Below, piece after piece: positions 37,753 through 47,649 of a DNA stretch of 64,000 nt (position 1 is its first letter; each line of letters opens with the position of its first letter). The notes under the pieces are model-generated. The model saw only the letters and a program-made list of their open reading frames with translations, searched no databases and was not told the DNA's origin. Origin of the DNA: Candidatus Woesearchaeota archaeon (GTDB lineage: Archaea; Nanobdellota; Nanobdellia; Pacearchaeales; GW2011-AR1); NCBI GenBank assembly GCA_964428325.1, contig CAYRXU010000002.1, positions 8,505 to 72,504 of the forward strand. Direction: 5' to 3'. Position numbers and translations under genes: made by a program.

Positions 37753-38316
37753 TTATTTCTTATCGGCAATTCTCTTCAGAACAGCTTTAATGTTCTTATT
37801 CAATTGTTCCATCGCATCTTCAAGTTGTTGTCTATTCTTCGTGCCAGTACATACGAGTTTTCCATTCGAAAAAAGAAGGAAGGTCGTTGTTGGCTCATCC
37901 AACTTGTAAACGAGACCAGGGAATTGTTCTGGCTCGTACTCCGTGTTCTCCAATTCCAAAGCAAGAATGTTCAAATTCAAGTCAACATTAATAGTTCCTG
38001 AGGCCACAATGTTCTGAACAGTAATCTTAGGCTTATCAGTAATGCGCACGCCAATCTTTGCAAGCTGCTTGATAACTTGATCGATAACTTCCTTTACTTG
38101 CGCAACACTCTTTGTGCCAGTACATACAAGATTTCCAGACGAAAACACAAGAACAGCAGACTTAGGTTTTTTCACCCTCAAAACCAAACCTGGAAATTGT
38201 TCGGGATTGTATTCCGTATTGTTATAAGATTTGGCAAGCTTCGTAAGAGAAACAGGCTTACCTAGCGAAGATGTAGCTACAATGTTCTGAATTGTAAGAT
38301 TAGAATCCTTGACCAT
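37753..38316 (-). CDS. tbp: TATA-box binding protein
   Basis: Two direct TBP repeats (NIVATSSLG...EQFPGLVLR / NIVASGTIN...EQFPGLVYK). Confidence 0.95.
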   Translation of the reverse strand: MVKDSNLTIQNIVATSSLGKPVSLTKLAKSYNNTEYNPEQFPGLVLRVKKPKSAVLVFSSGNLVCTGTKSVAQVKEVIDQVIKQLAKIGVRITDKPKITVQNIVASGTINVDLNLNILALELENTEYEPEQFPGLVYKLDEPTTTFLLFSNGKLVCTGTKNRQQLEDAMEQLNKNIKAVLKRIADKK

Positions 38317-38363
38317 AGCCTTATAAATTTTATAAAGACCTTTCCTTTATAAACGTTCCGACG

Positions 38364-39134
38364 CTAAAAGTCGCAAGATTGCGCCCCGCCGCCAGCTACA
38401 GCATTAATGAGTGCCGCAGGGTCAAACTCACGTACGACACCATCACCATCAATATCTGGGCAGCTTACAGGCGTATTACAGCCATTCTCTATCATATCCC
38501 TCATCTCCTCGTTAAAATTACACGTTGTGCGCTGACCCAATGCAGCACCATTATTGTATAATATAGGGGAAGTAAGGTAGTCTACTATATCTGTCTGGTC
38601 TCCTCCGCCATCACAATTAACATCTACGCACAATGGAGGTACAGGGTATGGAGTACAATTCACAACTGCTCTCGCAGCCCCGCCACATAATTTCTTATCT
38701 GGCCCAACGAGCAAATATAGCTCTACACGATTAGGTGTGAAAGGGAAAGCATTTTTCAAGAAATAAGTCCTTTCGAGAGTTTCAAATTCTTTCAAGCTAG
38801 CATTGCGATCACGATAAGGTAGCACTTCTCCAGAATTACTAAATTGAAGCGCAACGCCAGTCATGTCACCATTGCCTTGTAGTCTTCGCAGTTTCACAAT
38901 GACTGGAACAGAAGCGTTTGCTTCTCCGAAAACAGGATCTCCTGAAAGTGGAGTTGCATATTGACACGAAAAATGATCAAAGGCCGGAGCATAACAATCA
39001 ACCACATTAGTAGTTGCTTCACCAAAATTTCTCAAAAATGGGCTGAAAAAGATCCACAATACTCCGATAAGAACAAGAGAGATAAGGATTATCAAAACTG
39101 TAATCACAATGTTGCTTATCCCATTCCGATCCAT
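38364..39134 (-). CDS. archaeal type IV pilin-like protein with two dockerin/EF-hand-like repeats
   Basis: Class III signal-like MDRNG|ISNIVITVLIILISLVLIGVL. DVNCDGGGDQTDIVDYL and DIDGDGVVREFDPAALINAV resemble dockerin Ca-binding repeats. Confidence 0.55.
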   Translation of the reverse strand: MDRNGISNIVITVLIILISLVLIGVLWIFFSPFLRNFGEATTNVVDCYAPAFDHFSCQYATPLSGDPVFGEANASVPVIVKLRRLQGNGDMTGVALQFSNSGEVLPYRDRNASLKEFETLERTYFLKNAFPFTPNRVELYLLVGPDKKLCGGAARAVVNCTPYPVPPLCVDVNCDGGGDQTDIVDYLTSPILYNNGAALGQRTTCNFNEEMRDMIENGCNTPVSCPDIDGDGVVREFDPAALINAVAGGGAQSCDF

Positions 39135-39164
39135 AGCCTCTTAACAAAAAACCAATATAATAAG

Positions 39165-40868
39165 TTAACCGACGCCTTTCTTTCTAAGACGTTGTGCACG
39201 CAATGCTTCCTTCTTTATATCTTCAAGTGTTGCGATATCACTCGTGTTGCGATCAGGACGATAGTGCGTGATGCGTGGGAAACGTAAGGCGAATCCAGAA
39301 TTATAACTCGGGCTGTGCTGAATGTTCTGGTACGTTATAGAGACAATCACCTTTGGTTTAACACGTACTGTATTTCCCTTTTCAGATAAAACAAGCGGCC
39401 GCAAAAGCGCATCAAGTTCCTTATATGTGGTTCCTTCTTCAGCTTTCTCCTTAAGCCCTGAGGACACCTTACCAATCTCAAGAAATTCACCATTATTTCT
39501 GCAAGCCACAATAAAAGATGTCAACCCGCCTGCACGCTTACCCGTCCCATACTCCGCACCCACAATCACAACATCGAGATCAGCTACCTCAGGCTTCAAC
39601 TTTGCAATATATCCTACACGTCGGCCAGCACGATAAGGCGCATCCAGTTTCTTAATCATAATACCTTCCTCCCCAAACTTAAGAGCTCCTTTGTAGAATT
39701 CATCAACTTTCTTCGGATCATCGCTTACAAACTGTCGCGTTGGCTTAATTTTCCATGCAGCCGAAGAAATGATCTTTTCAATCAGGGCTCTCCTTTGCAC
39801 AAACGGCTTGTCCAACCAACTCTCCCCTTCATAATAAACAATATCGAAAACATTAATCTCAACAGGCAACTTCTTGATAAGTGCATCGATATCATACTTG
39901 CGCTTAATCCTCTGGCTTATCGACTCAAACGGCATGTATTTTTTCTTAGCAGCATCATAACCTACAACCTCGCTATCAAGAATAAAACTATGCCCCTTAA
40001 CATGCTCTTTAATGCAGGAGATCACATCAGGAAACTGTTTAGTAACTTCCTCAAGTCGCCGCGTAAACAATCGAATCTCATTCCCATCCTTACTAATAAT
40101 CATTCTAAATCCATCATACTTATGCTCGATAGCTGCAGGCTTCCCACATATCCTAAAGGCCTCTTCAAGGTCGTTTACCTTTACAGGCAACATAACATTA
40201 ATTGGTCGACCAGGTTTAAGCCGTACATGTGCAAGCCCTTTCTCGCCTTTCTGAGCAAGATCAAAAACAAGCGCAAAATCATTCGAAAGATCATAAGCTT
40301 CTTCAAGCTTCATCTTCAATTTTTCATCACTCTCAAGGAAGGCAGATGCGAGAGCATCAATAAGTAATGCGTCGGCCACACCCACACGCAAATCATTCAA
40401 GACTGTTCGCACCAAAAATCGCGCTTCACGTGCATGTGCATGAGTCAACAACTCAACGACAATATCCACTTTCTTATCAACAGAACCCTTGCCCTCAATA
40501 TCCACAAGTTTCTGTAACTGGGTAAAAACCTTATCTACAGTCAACTCAGCAGAAAAAAGTGCATGTTGTCTCTTCTTCCCACTTAACTCAGCAGCAATAT
40601 CTCCCAGATCCCCAATTTTATTCCACATGGCAGTTACTTTCTCAGAGGTTAACCCAGAACTCTTAGCAATAGCCTTGATAGTCAATTGCGTCGACATGCC
40701 AAACTCCCTTGGATCATAATGCGGTAATACTCTTCCGCGCAAAAGATAGATCCATTGAGAATTGTTTTTTATTCGTGGCAAAAACTCGGCAAGCAATCGA
40801 GTCTTCTCAAGTTTCTTAGTTGTACTCCCCAACGATTCATACAGAGAAACAAAATCACCATACTTCAT
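39165..40868 (-). CDS. lig: ATP-dependent DNA ligase
   Basis: Adenylation motif I EHKYDGFR. Motifs III-VI and the OB domain are present. ATG 40868 (MKYGDF...) is preferred over GTG 40874. Confidence 0.9.
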   Translation of the reverse strand: MKYGDFVSLYESLGSTTKKLEKTRLLAEFLPRIKNNSQWIYLLRGRVLPHYDPREFGMSTQLTIKAIAKSSGLTSEKVTAMWNKIGDLGDIAAELSGKKRQHALFSAELTVDKVFTQLQKLVDIEGKGSVDKKVDIVVELLTHAHAREARFLVRTVLNDLRVGVADALLIDALASAFLESDEKLKMKLEEAYDLSNDFALVFDLAQKGEKGLAHVRLKPGRPINVMLPVKVNDLEEAFRICGKPAAIEHKYDGFRMIISKDGNEIRLFTRRLEEVTKQFPDVISCIKEHVKGHSFILDSEVVGYDAAKKKYMPFESISQRIKRKYDIDALIKKLPVEINVFDIVYYEGESWLDKPFVQRRALIEKIISSAAWKIKPTRQFVSDDPKKVDEFYKGALKFGEEGIMIKKLDAPYRAGRRVGYIAKLKPEVADLDVVIVGAEYGTGKRAGGLTSFIVACRNNGEFLEIGKVSSGLKEKAEEGTTYKELDALLRPLVLSEKGNTVRVKPKVIVSITYQNIQHSPSYNSGFALRFPRITHYRPDRNTSDIATLEDIKKEALRAQRLRKKGVG

Positions 40869-40902
40869 AACCACAAAAAAGTCCCGAGCTATTTAATACT
40901 TA

Positions 40903-41592
40903 TCACAACCAGCCGCGCTTCTTAATATCATCATTCGTTATAACAAAATCAAGGCGTTTCTCAGGCAAAGACCGATGCTTCCTCAGATAAGCACTGCGCT
41001 TTCCATTGTCATTCGTCAACTCAATCAAACATTTGCTCCAATATTGTAAGATGTCTCCTGCGACCATTCTACCAGAACCATTCCAATTGTAAACTTGATT
41101 AGTCACGATAATAGGAATGCCTTGCTTCCGTGCAATTTCCGCAAGCGTGCGCATCTGGCGAGCAAGTTCGGCATTGACTCCCTGCATTTCACCATTATTC
41201 TTTTCTCTCGCCTCGCCAAAATCAAGTCGGTAAAGCATCGTCATCCCATCAACAACAATCAGCCCAAAATGATCCTTCGTGACTTGCCGCAATAATTCTT
41301 TGAAAGCGTCTTTCTGTTCGACAAAATTAGTCGGTTTCAAAACAAGAATATTCTTCAGAACATCATCATACTTATCAAAGGCCAACTGTTTAACACGCTC
41401 AATAGAAAAACCTCCTTCAGTGTCAATAAACAAAACCTTATTTCCTTTAGAAGCACAAGAAACAGCAGCGAGTAGAACAAAATTAGTCTTCCCGCTTCCT
41501 GGAGGCCCATAAATAGTGGTAATGATGTCCTCCTCATAGCCTCCATAAAGCCATTTATTCAAGTCATAGCTCCCGGCTGAAACCTTCCCCAT
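40903..41592 (-). CDS. radB: RadB / KaiC-like RecA-family ATPase
   Basis: Walker A GPPGSGKT and Walker B LIVVDG. 229 aa, with no N-terminal HhH domain. Confidence 0.8.
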   Translation of the reverse strand: MGKVSAGSYDLNKWLYGGYEEDIITTIYGPPGSGKTNFVLLAAVSCASKGNKVLFIDTEGGFSIERVKQLAFDKYDDVLKNILVLKPTNFVEQKDAFKELLRQVTKDHFGLIVVDGMTMLYRLDFGEAREKNNGEMQGVNAELARQMRTLAEIARKQGIPIIVTNQVYNWNGSGRMVAGDILQYWSKCLIELTNDNGKRSAYLRKHRSLPEKRLDFVITNDDIKKRGWL

Positions 41593-41655
41593 ATCCGCAA
41601 AGGATGATAAGAATATATAAAATGTAGTAAAAAAGAAAATTAAAATTAAGCGAAA

Positions 41656-41835
41656 TTATCGCTTCTTCTTCATAGGCATATCGTTATGGCGCATGAAGCA
41701 CTGTTTACACATGAAGGAGTGTATGATCAGTACAATTGCTGCGATAACAATAATCCACTTGGAATACATAGTCTGCCATAGAGCGAATATCAAAATGACA
41801 ACGCCTAGAATGGCTTCACACCAACTTTTACACAT
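41656..41835 (-). CDS. small membrane protein, 59 aa (below ORF-track cut-off)
   Basis: MCKSWCEAILGVVILIFALWQTMYSKWIIVIAAIVLIIHSFMCKQCFMRHNDMPMKKKR. GGAGGTGA lies 4 nt upstream of the ATG. Confidence 0.55.
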   Translation of the reverse strand: MCKSWCEAILGVVILIFALWQTMYSKWIIVIAAIVLIIHSFMCKQCFMRHNDMPMKKKR

Positions 41836-41897
41836 AGGTCACCTCCACAATACATAATAGAGAAACCCCCTTATAAGCTTATCGAGAACAATAGAGA

Positions 41898-42155
41898 TTA
41901 CTTCTTCTTTACAACAGCTTCAATAGCATCAATATCCTTATGGATAGCAGCAACTGCTTCTGCAACAGCTTTCTTCACAGTTCCAGAAGCTGCCTGAATA
42001 CGCATAATAACTGGCTTAGAAGGATGCTCGCGTCTCCATGCTGCAAACTTAACGCCATGTTCATTCAGGTAAACACGCATAATCTCAGCAAGCGTAGGAT
42101 TATCAATCTTCAACTCAACATCATCTTTCTCAGCATGTACAATTTCAATATTCAT
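41898..42155 (-). CDS. rpoL: RNA polymerase subunit Rpo11 (L)
   Basis: 85 aa. ...NPTLAEIMRVYLNEHGVKFAAWRREHPSKPVIMRIQ matches the RpoL/Rpb11 fold signature. Confidence 0.8.
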   Translation of the reverse strand: MNIEIVHAEKDDVELKIDNPTLAEIMRVYLNEHGVKFAAWRREHPSKPVIMRIQAASGTVKKAVAEAVAAIHKDIDAIEAVVKKK

Positions 42156-42196
42156 ATCTATCCAGGCAAAAAACGGTTTATAAAGCTTTCTTATAC

Positions 42197-42910
42197 CTAT
42201 TCTATAATCTCAATATCATCGCCAAGTAAAGAACCTTTCTTCTCCTCGGTCGGCTTATCCTTAACCCATCGTGGCTTGCTCATCTCTTTCTGTGCAGGAG
42301 CATCCCGCGCTTTCATACTTTGCAAATCAGCAAGAGAGACATTGGCATCAAGAGGTCTCTTCGCCGGAGAGGTAGCAGGCTGTACAGCAACGGAGATAGG
42401 TTGAGGCATAGAAGAAAGCTGTGCCCTCAGAGGAACATCAAAGCTCTTACCGTCTTTTCTCAAATTGATGCGCAAATATGACTGAACCTTATTGATCAGC
42501 ACGAAATCATCCGTAGGCAATTCTCCATTCTCAAGCATCTTCACAACATTTTCACTCACACTTAGAGCGTTAGCAAGCTGCAAACGAGTCATGTTCCTCT
42601 CCTTGCGCGCCTTACCAATTTCCCAATGGAAATTATTCACAAGCTCCTTAGCAACATCGTTTTTCTTGTAATCGGGAAGGTAACTATGATGTCTTGGTAA
42701 CAGTTTAGGAGCAATAGTTGGCATATTAGCCTTCGTAGCTGCCCGCAAAGCAGGTTGCCCTGTCAAAGGCGGCGTAGCAGCAGGAGCATGCTTCTCACGA
42801 AGAATAAAAAGATCTTCAGCACGAGCTTGAACTTCAGTCACGGTTACGATCTGCCCGTCTCGTATAGCATCAACCATCTTTTCAGCCATGAAAAAACAGC
42901 GTTTACTCAT
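42197..42910 (-). CDS. XRE/MBF1-like helix-turn-helix protein
   Basis: HTH ARKERNMTRLQLANALSVSENVVKMLENGELP. The long flanking regions are unassigned. Confidence 0.6.
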   Translation of the reverse strand: MSKRCFFMAEKMVDAIRDGQIVTVTEVQARAEDLFILREKHAPAATPPLTGQPALRAATKANMPTIAPKLLPRHHSYLPDYKKNDVAKELVNNFHWEIGKARKERNMTRLQLANALSVSENVVKMLENGELPTDDFVLINKVQSYLRINLRKDGKSFDVPLRAQLSSMPQPISVAVQPATSPAKRPLDANVSLADLQSMKARDAPAQKEMSKPRWVKDKPTEEKKGSLLGDDIEIIE

Positions 42911-42951
42911 TTATATGCATTATGGCTATGAAAGATATGTAAAGAAGACTA

Positions 42952-43590
42952 CTATTCGTACCCAAGATAACTCTCAAGTTCTTCCAGGTCTTCTGGTGCG
43001 AACGGCTGACGACCATTGACCACAATAACAGGCACATTCTCAATATCGTATTGCTGCTTCAGATTCGTAATAAGCACACTGTCGAGATCCGCGTCAAATG
43101 AATAGATAATAACCTCATTCGGGTGCGTACGTTGAAGGGTAGTAAGTACGAAACCGAGGCGCTCACTTTGGCCTTGTATAAAACCATTCCGATTAGAATA
43201 GAAGAAGAAAACAGAGGTAAAGTTACTGTCGCATTCGCGATTAAAGCGTTCAGTGATAAGGAAGTGTCTGTATTCGAGATCGCTATAGTTCACCTTCACA
43301 CCGATAAGGCGAGGGTCACCCTTACCAAATCGCTTCTCAAGTAAGCTCAACTTACTAGCAATGAGATCAAATCTCGATGAAGCCGCCACATGCAGCGAAG
43401 GATCACACTGGAAGTTTGCCAACACGCCCTCGAATTGCCCCACGGAAGAGGCAATCAAATCTGTATGCCAATCTAAGCTCTGATAACTCAAATACGAAAT
43501 GCCATGGGCAAAAGCAAAGAAAACAACAAATGCGGCACTCGCTACAATAAAGGCTAATATGTAACGGCCAATAGGATGGTTCCTATTCAT
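42952..43590 (-). CDS. membrane-anchored protein of unknown function, translationally coupled to GT2
   Basis: N-terminal TM. There is an 8-nt overlap with the upstream glycosyltransferase gene. Confidence 0.5.
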   Translation of the reverse strand: MNRNHPIGRYILAFIVASAAFVVFFAFAHGISYLSYQSLDWHTDLIASSVGQFEGVLANFQCDPSLHVAASSRFDLIASKLSLLEKRFGKGDPRLIGVKVNYSDLEYRHFLITERFNRECDSNFTSVFFFYSNRNGFIQGQSERLGFVLTTLQRTHPNEVIIYSFDADLDSVLITNLKQQYDIENVPVIVVNGRQPFAPEDLEELESYLGYE

Positions 43591-44833
43591 GAACCTTCTT
43601 CCCCCACTTTACTTTACGGCCGAACAAGGTATAAACGAACGCGACAGCCCACCAAAATGCAAACAACGTAGAATAACAAATCATAAACAGAACAAAGTTA
43701 GCACTCAGGCTCTCCTTGAACTTCATCTTATTGCGCGCATAGGCGAGATAAGTCCCGGTTACAAGTATAAAGAAGAAAAGGAAAAGATAAACAGGATTGC
43801 TAAAGAACGAATAGAAGAACTGTCCAATAACATACCTATTAAACTCAAAGGCATCATAGAATCTAAAGTCAATAGCACTGAGGGATAGCAATTCAGAGCG
43901 CACTTGCCCCGCAATCTTAATCAAAGCGTACGCGACAAGCACGACTGACAAACCAATACTCAAAACAGCAGACGGCAGGATCACAGCCCCTAAAGCTCCT
44001 CTTTTCATGCCAAACAACTCGCGGTAACGGATCAGGTTATGTATCATTCCCGTGTACCATCGTCTTCTCTGGATAAGAAGTGCCTTGAAGGAATGCGGGG
44101 CTATAGTAGAAAACACGGCGCGAGGCTCGTGTTCAATAGCATAATTATTATATTGAATGCGTAATGCAACCTCAAGATCCTCGGTAATAGTCTCTGTATC
44201 AAATCCCCCATACTTTTCAAAGAAAGATTTCCTATAGGCAGAAAAAGCGCCTGGAGTGATAAATACTGCATTTGAACGACTATAAACCGTACGCAGGAAA
44301 GAACTCAAGTAATACTCAATATGTTGAATGCGTTGCCAGATCGTGCGAGGCTTGTGTACACTCATCGCAGAAGTCACGCTCATTACATTAGCATGGTGGA
44401 AGCGTGCGATCATTCTCTGTAGTGACCACACATCAACCATAGTATCAGCATCCATAGTAACCACAATCTCTCCTTTAGCGCGTTCAATACCATAATTCAA
44501 AGCAGAACCCTTGCCACCGTTCTTCTTCTTAAAAACACGCACATATGGTGATTTCATCGCCTTAGCCAACTCATAGGTATTATCAGTTGACCCGTCATCT
44601 ACAACAATGACTTCAAGCTTGTTGCGAGGATAATTCAGATCAAGGGCTGACTTGATAGTCGATTGAATGCATGGCCCCTCATTCCAAGCAGGAATAATAA
44701 TACTTACACTTTTATCGGAAGCCATTCCGCGTTCAGGTTCCTTAGTTGAAAAGAAAGTTAGAACGTAAAAGGAAACAAGAAACAATCCAATGTATGCAAA
44801 AGCATACGTCAAAAACAAGTAAACGCCAATCAT
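43583..44833 (-). CDS. family-2 processive beta-glycosyltransferase (NodC/chitin/cellulose-synthase-like)
   Basis: IIIPAWNE, VVDDGSTD, TMDADT and QRRRW motifs, with N- and C-terminal TM helices. Confidence 0.8.
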   Translation of the reverse strand: MIGVYLFLTYAFAYIGLFLVSFYVLTFFSTKEPERGMASDKSVSIIIPAWNEGPCIQSTIKSALDLNYPRNKLEVIVVDDGSTDNTYELAKAMKSPYVRVFKKKNGGKGSALNYGIERAKGEIVVTMDADTMVDVWSLQRMIARFHHANVMSVTSAMSVHKPRTIWQRIQHIEYYLSSFLRTVYSRSNAVFITPGAFSAYRKSFFEKYGGFDTETITEDLEVALRIQYNNYAIEHEPRAVFSTIAPHSFKALLIQRRRWYTGMIHNLIRYRELFGMKRGALGAVILPSAVLSIGLSVVLVAYALIKIAGQVRSELLSLSAIDFRFYDAFEFNRYVIGQFFYSFFSNPVYLFLFFFILVTGTYLAYARNKMKFKESLSANFVLFMICYSTLFAFWWAVAFVYTLFGRKVKWGKKVHE

Positions 44834-44835
44834 GC

Positions 44836-45357
44836 TTATTCAGGGCGGGCGAGTTCTCCGCCATGTACATGGAAATATTCATAGAAACTCTCGCTCAAAC
44901 TCAAATCCCAAGTATGCCCTGAGCGCTTCTTCACAATCAAACCCAACTCAGAAAAACGCTTGATATGGTCATATGCCTTATTGCCTCGAATCTTCACAAG
45001 AACGCTCTGCTTCATCGGCTGCTTGTAAGCGATAATTGCAAGACTTTCTTGCTCTGCCTTAGTGAACTCGCTAGCGCCTGTAGCCAATTTATTCACCATA
45101 TTAGCATATTCAGTAGAAACATCCATCTTCCAACTATCGCCCTTAGCCACAATCTCGATAGCAGACTCCTTGTACTTATCAGAAAGATTTCCAATCAACG
45201 TTCGAGTAAGGATAGGATTAACATCTGTGAGGGCAACAAGCTCCTTTAGGCTCAAAAACCGACCAGAAATAAAGAGTGCAGCCTCAATCTTACGTAATAA
45301 TTCCTGCTCACGAGCTTGGTCGTCAACTCCGATATTGCCAACGTCATTCATACCCAC
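44836..45357 (-). CDS. scpB: segregation and condensation protein B
   Basis: Tandem winged helices. KIEAALFISGRFLSLKELVAL is typical of ScpB. Confidence 0.7.
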   Translation of the reverse strand: MGMNDVGNIGVDDQAREQELLRKIEAALFISGRFLSLKELVALTDVNPILTRTLIGNLSDKYKESAIEIVAKGDSWKMDVSTEYANMVNKLATGASEFTKAEQESLAIIAYKQPMKQSVLVKIRGNKAYDHIKRFSELGLIVKKRSGHTWDLSLSESFYEYFHVHGGELARPE

Positions 45358-45397
45358 TCATGTCCGATGGACTTTTTAAACATTCTAGAAGACCGTT

Positions 45398-46006
45398 CTA
45401 TCCAGCAAAAGTAATCAATAAACCTTCAATAATTGCAGCCACAACAAGCAAAGGTACGACAATAACAAAAAACACTTTCACCGAATTAACAAAACGATTC
45501 TTGAAAACGTTCTTCCAATCCTTATGAAAGAAGCTCATACCTAATTTCATGCCCAATCCCGTAGCAATAAAGATAGCCGGTAATTCGAAGATACCATGAG
45601 GCACCAATCTCCATGCGATGCCCAATCCATGTGAGGGAGCCACTAGTGCCAGCACGTACCCTACAACCGTGCCGTTAAATAGAACATTAAAGAACGAGAG
45701 AGCTCCGAAGAAAATCCCCATAAACAATCCAAAGAAAGAACTCATCACATTATTGTAAAAAATATAAGCCGTTAGAGACAACCCTGACAAATTCTCAGTC
45801 TTTGCAAAAATCTCTTCAATCATTGCGTTAAGAAAAGAAAGATGCTCCGACGCAAAGAATCCAAATACTCCCGCAATAACAAAAACGAGCAGACTGGAAA
45901 GTACGTAGCCACGTGAAGCCTTCAGATAATGCCATGCGTCGCCAGCGAACTCCGAAAGAGTATGCTCTTGCTTCATTTTTTTCCCCATCATCTTGCGCCT
46001 CTTCAT
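45398..46006 (-). CDS. SpoIIM/DUF95-family membrane protein
   Basis: Multi-TM protein with the HGIFELPAIFIATG motif characteristic of the family. Confidence 0.6.
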   Translation of the reverse strand: MKRRKMMGKKMKQEHTLSEFAGDAWHYLKASRGYVLSSLLVFVIAGVFGFFASEHLSFLNAMIEEIFAKTENLSGLSLTAYIFYNNVMSSFFGLFMGIFFGALSFFNVLFNGTVVGYVLALVAPSHGLGIAWRLVPHGIFELPAIFIATGLGMKLGMSFFHKDWKNVFKNRFVNSVKVFFVIVVPLLVVAAIIEGLLITFAG

Positions 46007-46836
46007 CTTCTAAATGCCTTCCCTAGCATAGCAACCTTACGCGAATACTTCTTACGCAAATAAGCCCCATAAATCAGCCCTGCAACTAGTCCGCCGATAT
46101 GTGCAGTATTACCAATAGGCAAGGCAATAAAGAAGCTAATCACCAACAGAGGCACAATAGCAACAATAGGTGCTAGCCACAAAGGCAAATTAACAGGGAT
46201 AGCGAGTCGTCGCAGAAATACCTTACCTGAGAACATTCCTACAAGCATGAAGATAAAGAGGAAACTGATGATGAAAGACAGAATATTATTTACATTCTCA
46301 GGCAAGAAACTACCTAAGATAACTTGTGCAACAATCAGCACAAGAGGACCTACAATAAGATACACACGTTGTGAAGGAATAAGCACGGCCAACAATCCTA
46401 ACAAACCAAACAGTGCGCCGCTAGCTCCTGCAGCTCCAGTCATCGGAGAGCCAAAAAGCATCTCGCCGTGAAGAACATGTTGCCCAAGGTAAGCACCTCC
46501 GATAAAGAAGAGTGCACCCGCCACTCCAGCTATGAGATAAAACCAGAAGTATCTCTTCCTGCCAATGATCTGCTCAACAACTCTGCCCAAGAAGAAAAGT
46601 GAAAACATATTCACAAAAAGATGCACGAATTTCACATGGGCAAACATACTTGTAACAATTGTCCAAATTCTATAATCAAACAACACAAGAGAGGGTGTAA
46701 GGGATATGAATGTGTTTGCAACGGACCCTATTGGCGCGAATATAAAGACTAAAAATGAGAAAGCAACCGTTACCGTGATAATCCAATTAGTAAGCGTCCA
46801 CTGAAATCCAAACACGCCACGCGCTACCCTTCTCAT
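46003..46836 (-). CDS. rhomboid-family intramembrane serine protease
   Basis: GASGALFGL (GxSG) and AHIGGLVAGL (catalytic His helix). Confidence 0.8.
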   Translation of the reverse strand: MRRVARGVFGFQWTLTNWIITVTVAFSFLVFIFAPIGSVANTFISLTPSLVLFDYRIWTIVTSMFAHVKFVHLFVNMFSLFFLGRVVEQIIGRKRYFWFYLIAGVAGALFFIGGAYLGQHVLHGEMLFGSPMTGAAGASGALFGLLGLLAVLIPSQRVYLIVGPLVLIVAQVILGSFLPENVNNILSFIISFLFIFMLVGMFSGKVFLRRLAIPVNLPLWLAPIVAIVPLLVISFFIALPIGNTAHIGGLVAGLIYGAYLRKKYSRKVAMLGKAFRR

Positions 46837-47549
46837 TTCGCTTTCTTACCTTTCTTGGGTTTTGACGTGCTCTTAACAGAAGCTTTCTTTGCAGCAGCAG
46901 TTGCTTTGCGCTTAGCTGCGCGTTGTTCTTTCTTGCGTTTGGCTTCAGCTTTCATAGCTCTCTGTCTTAGGGCGCTATGCTTAGCATTCAAAGTATCAAG
47001 CTGTGCATCCACGCCGGCAAGTTGCTGTTTGCGCTTAGCGATGTGTGCCTCAAACTGCTGAACAAGAGGAGCATTATCTCTCAGAGTAAGAACTTCTCCA
47101 CATTCGGTACAGGTGAAATTATTCAACAACGCATTCTCTTCATCCATTTCAAGATCACAATTAGGACAATAGTAGAAACGCTGGTTCTTGCGTTCGCCAA
47201 GTTTTTGCTCAATCTGTTGCATATCCTTCATAATAGTATTTCTCAAATTAGCAAGTGACTTCGAACTATCCAGAGTCCAATAGTAAGTGTACCACCCACC
47301 ATTCTTTCTATCCTTCTTTCTTATGAAACTAACAAGCCCCTCATCGACCAGCTTATACAAAATATTACGCGTCTGATTAATATTCAGATTCAATTTCTTT
47401 GCAATGAGAAATTCATTAACATTCTTCTTGCCATAGAGCAGATCAACAAGTCCGACGGCAGCAGGGCTTGCAATAGAAGCGACAACGTCCTTCAGTAATG
47501 CGATAAGTTCTTTCTCGGCGGAAGAAGAAGGTTTTTTTCGTGAAGGCAT
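46833..47549 (-). CDS. tfe: transcription factor E alpha (TFE)
   Basis: N-terminal extended winged helix, zinc ribbon YYCPNC...CTECG, and a Lys/Ala-rich tail. Confidence 0.8.
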   Translation of the reverse strand: MPSRKKPSSSAEKELIALLKDVVASIASPAAVGLVDLLYGKKNVNEFLIAKKLNLNINQTRNILYKLVDEGLVSFIRKKDRKNGGWYTYYWTLDSSKSLANLRNTIMKDMQQIEQKLGERKNQRFYYCPNCDLEMDEENALLNNFTCTECGEVLTLRDNAPLVQQFEAHIAKRKQQLAGVDAQLDTLNAKHSALRQRAMKAEAKRKKEQRAAKRKATAAAKKASVKSTSKPKKGKKAK

Positions 47550-47649
47550 ATCGAGTTCTGAGAAGAAAGCAATAAAAACCTTTCTAAAAGGGTGTTACCA
47601 TTATAAAGTGCATATAAACCTATAAAAATCACTTTCCAGTTTAAAGGAG

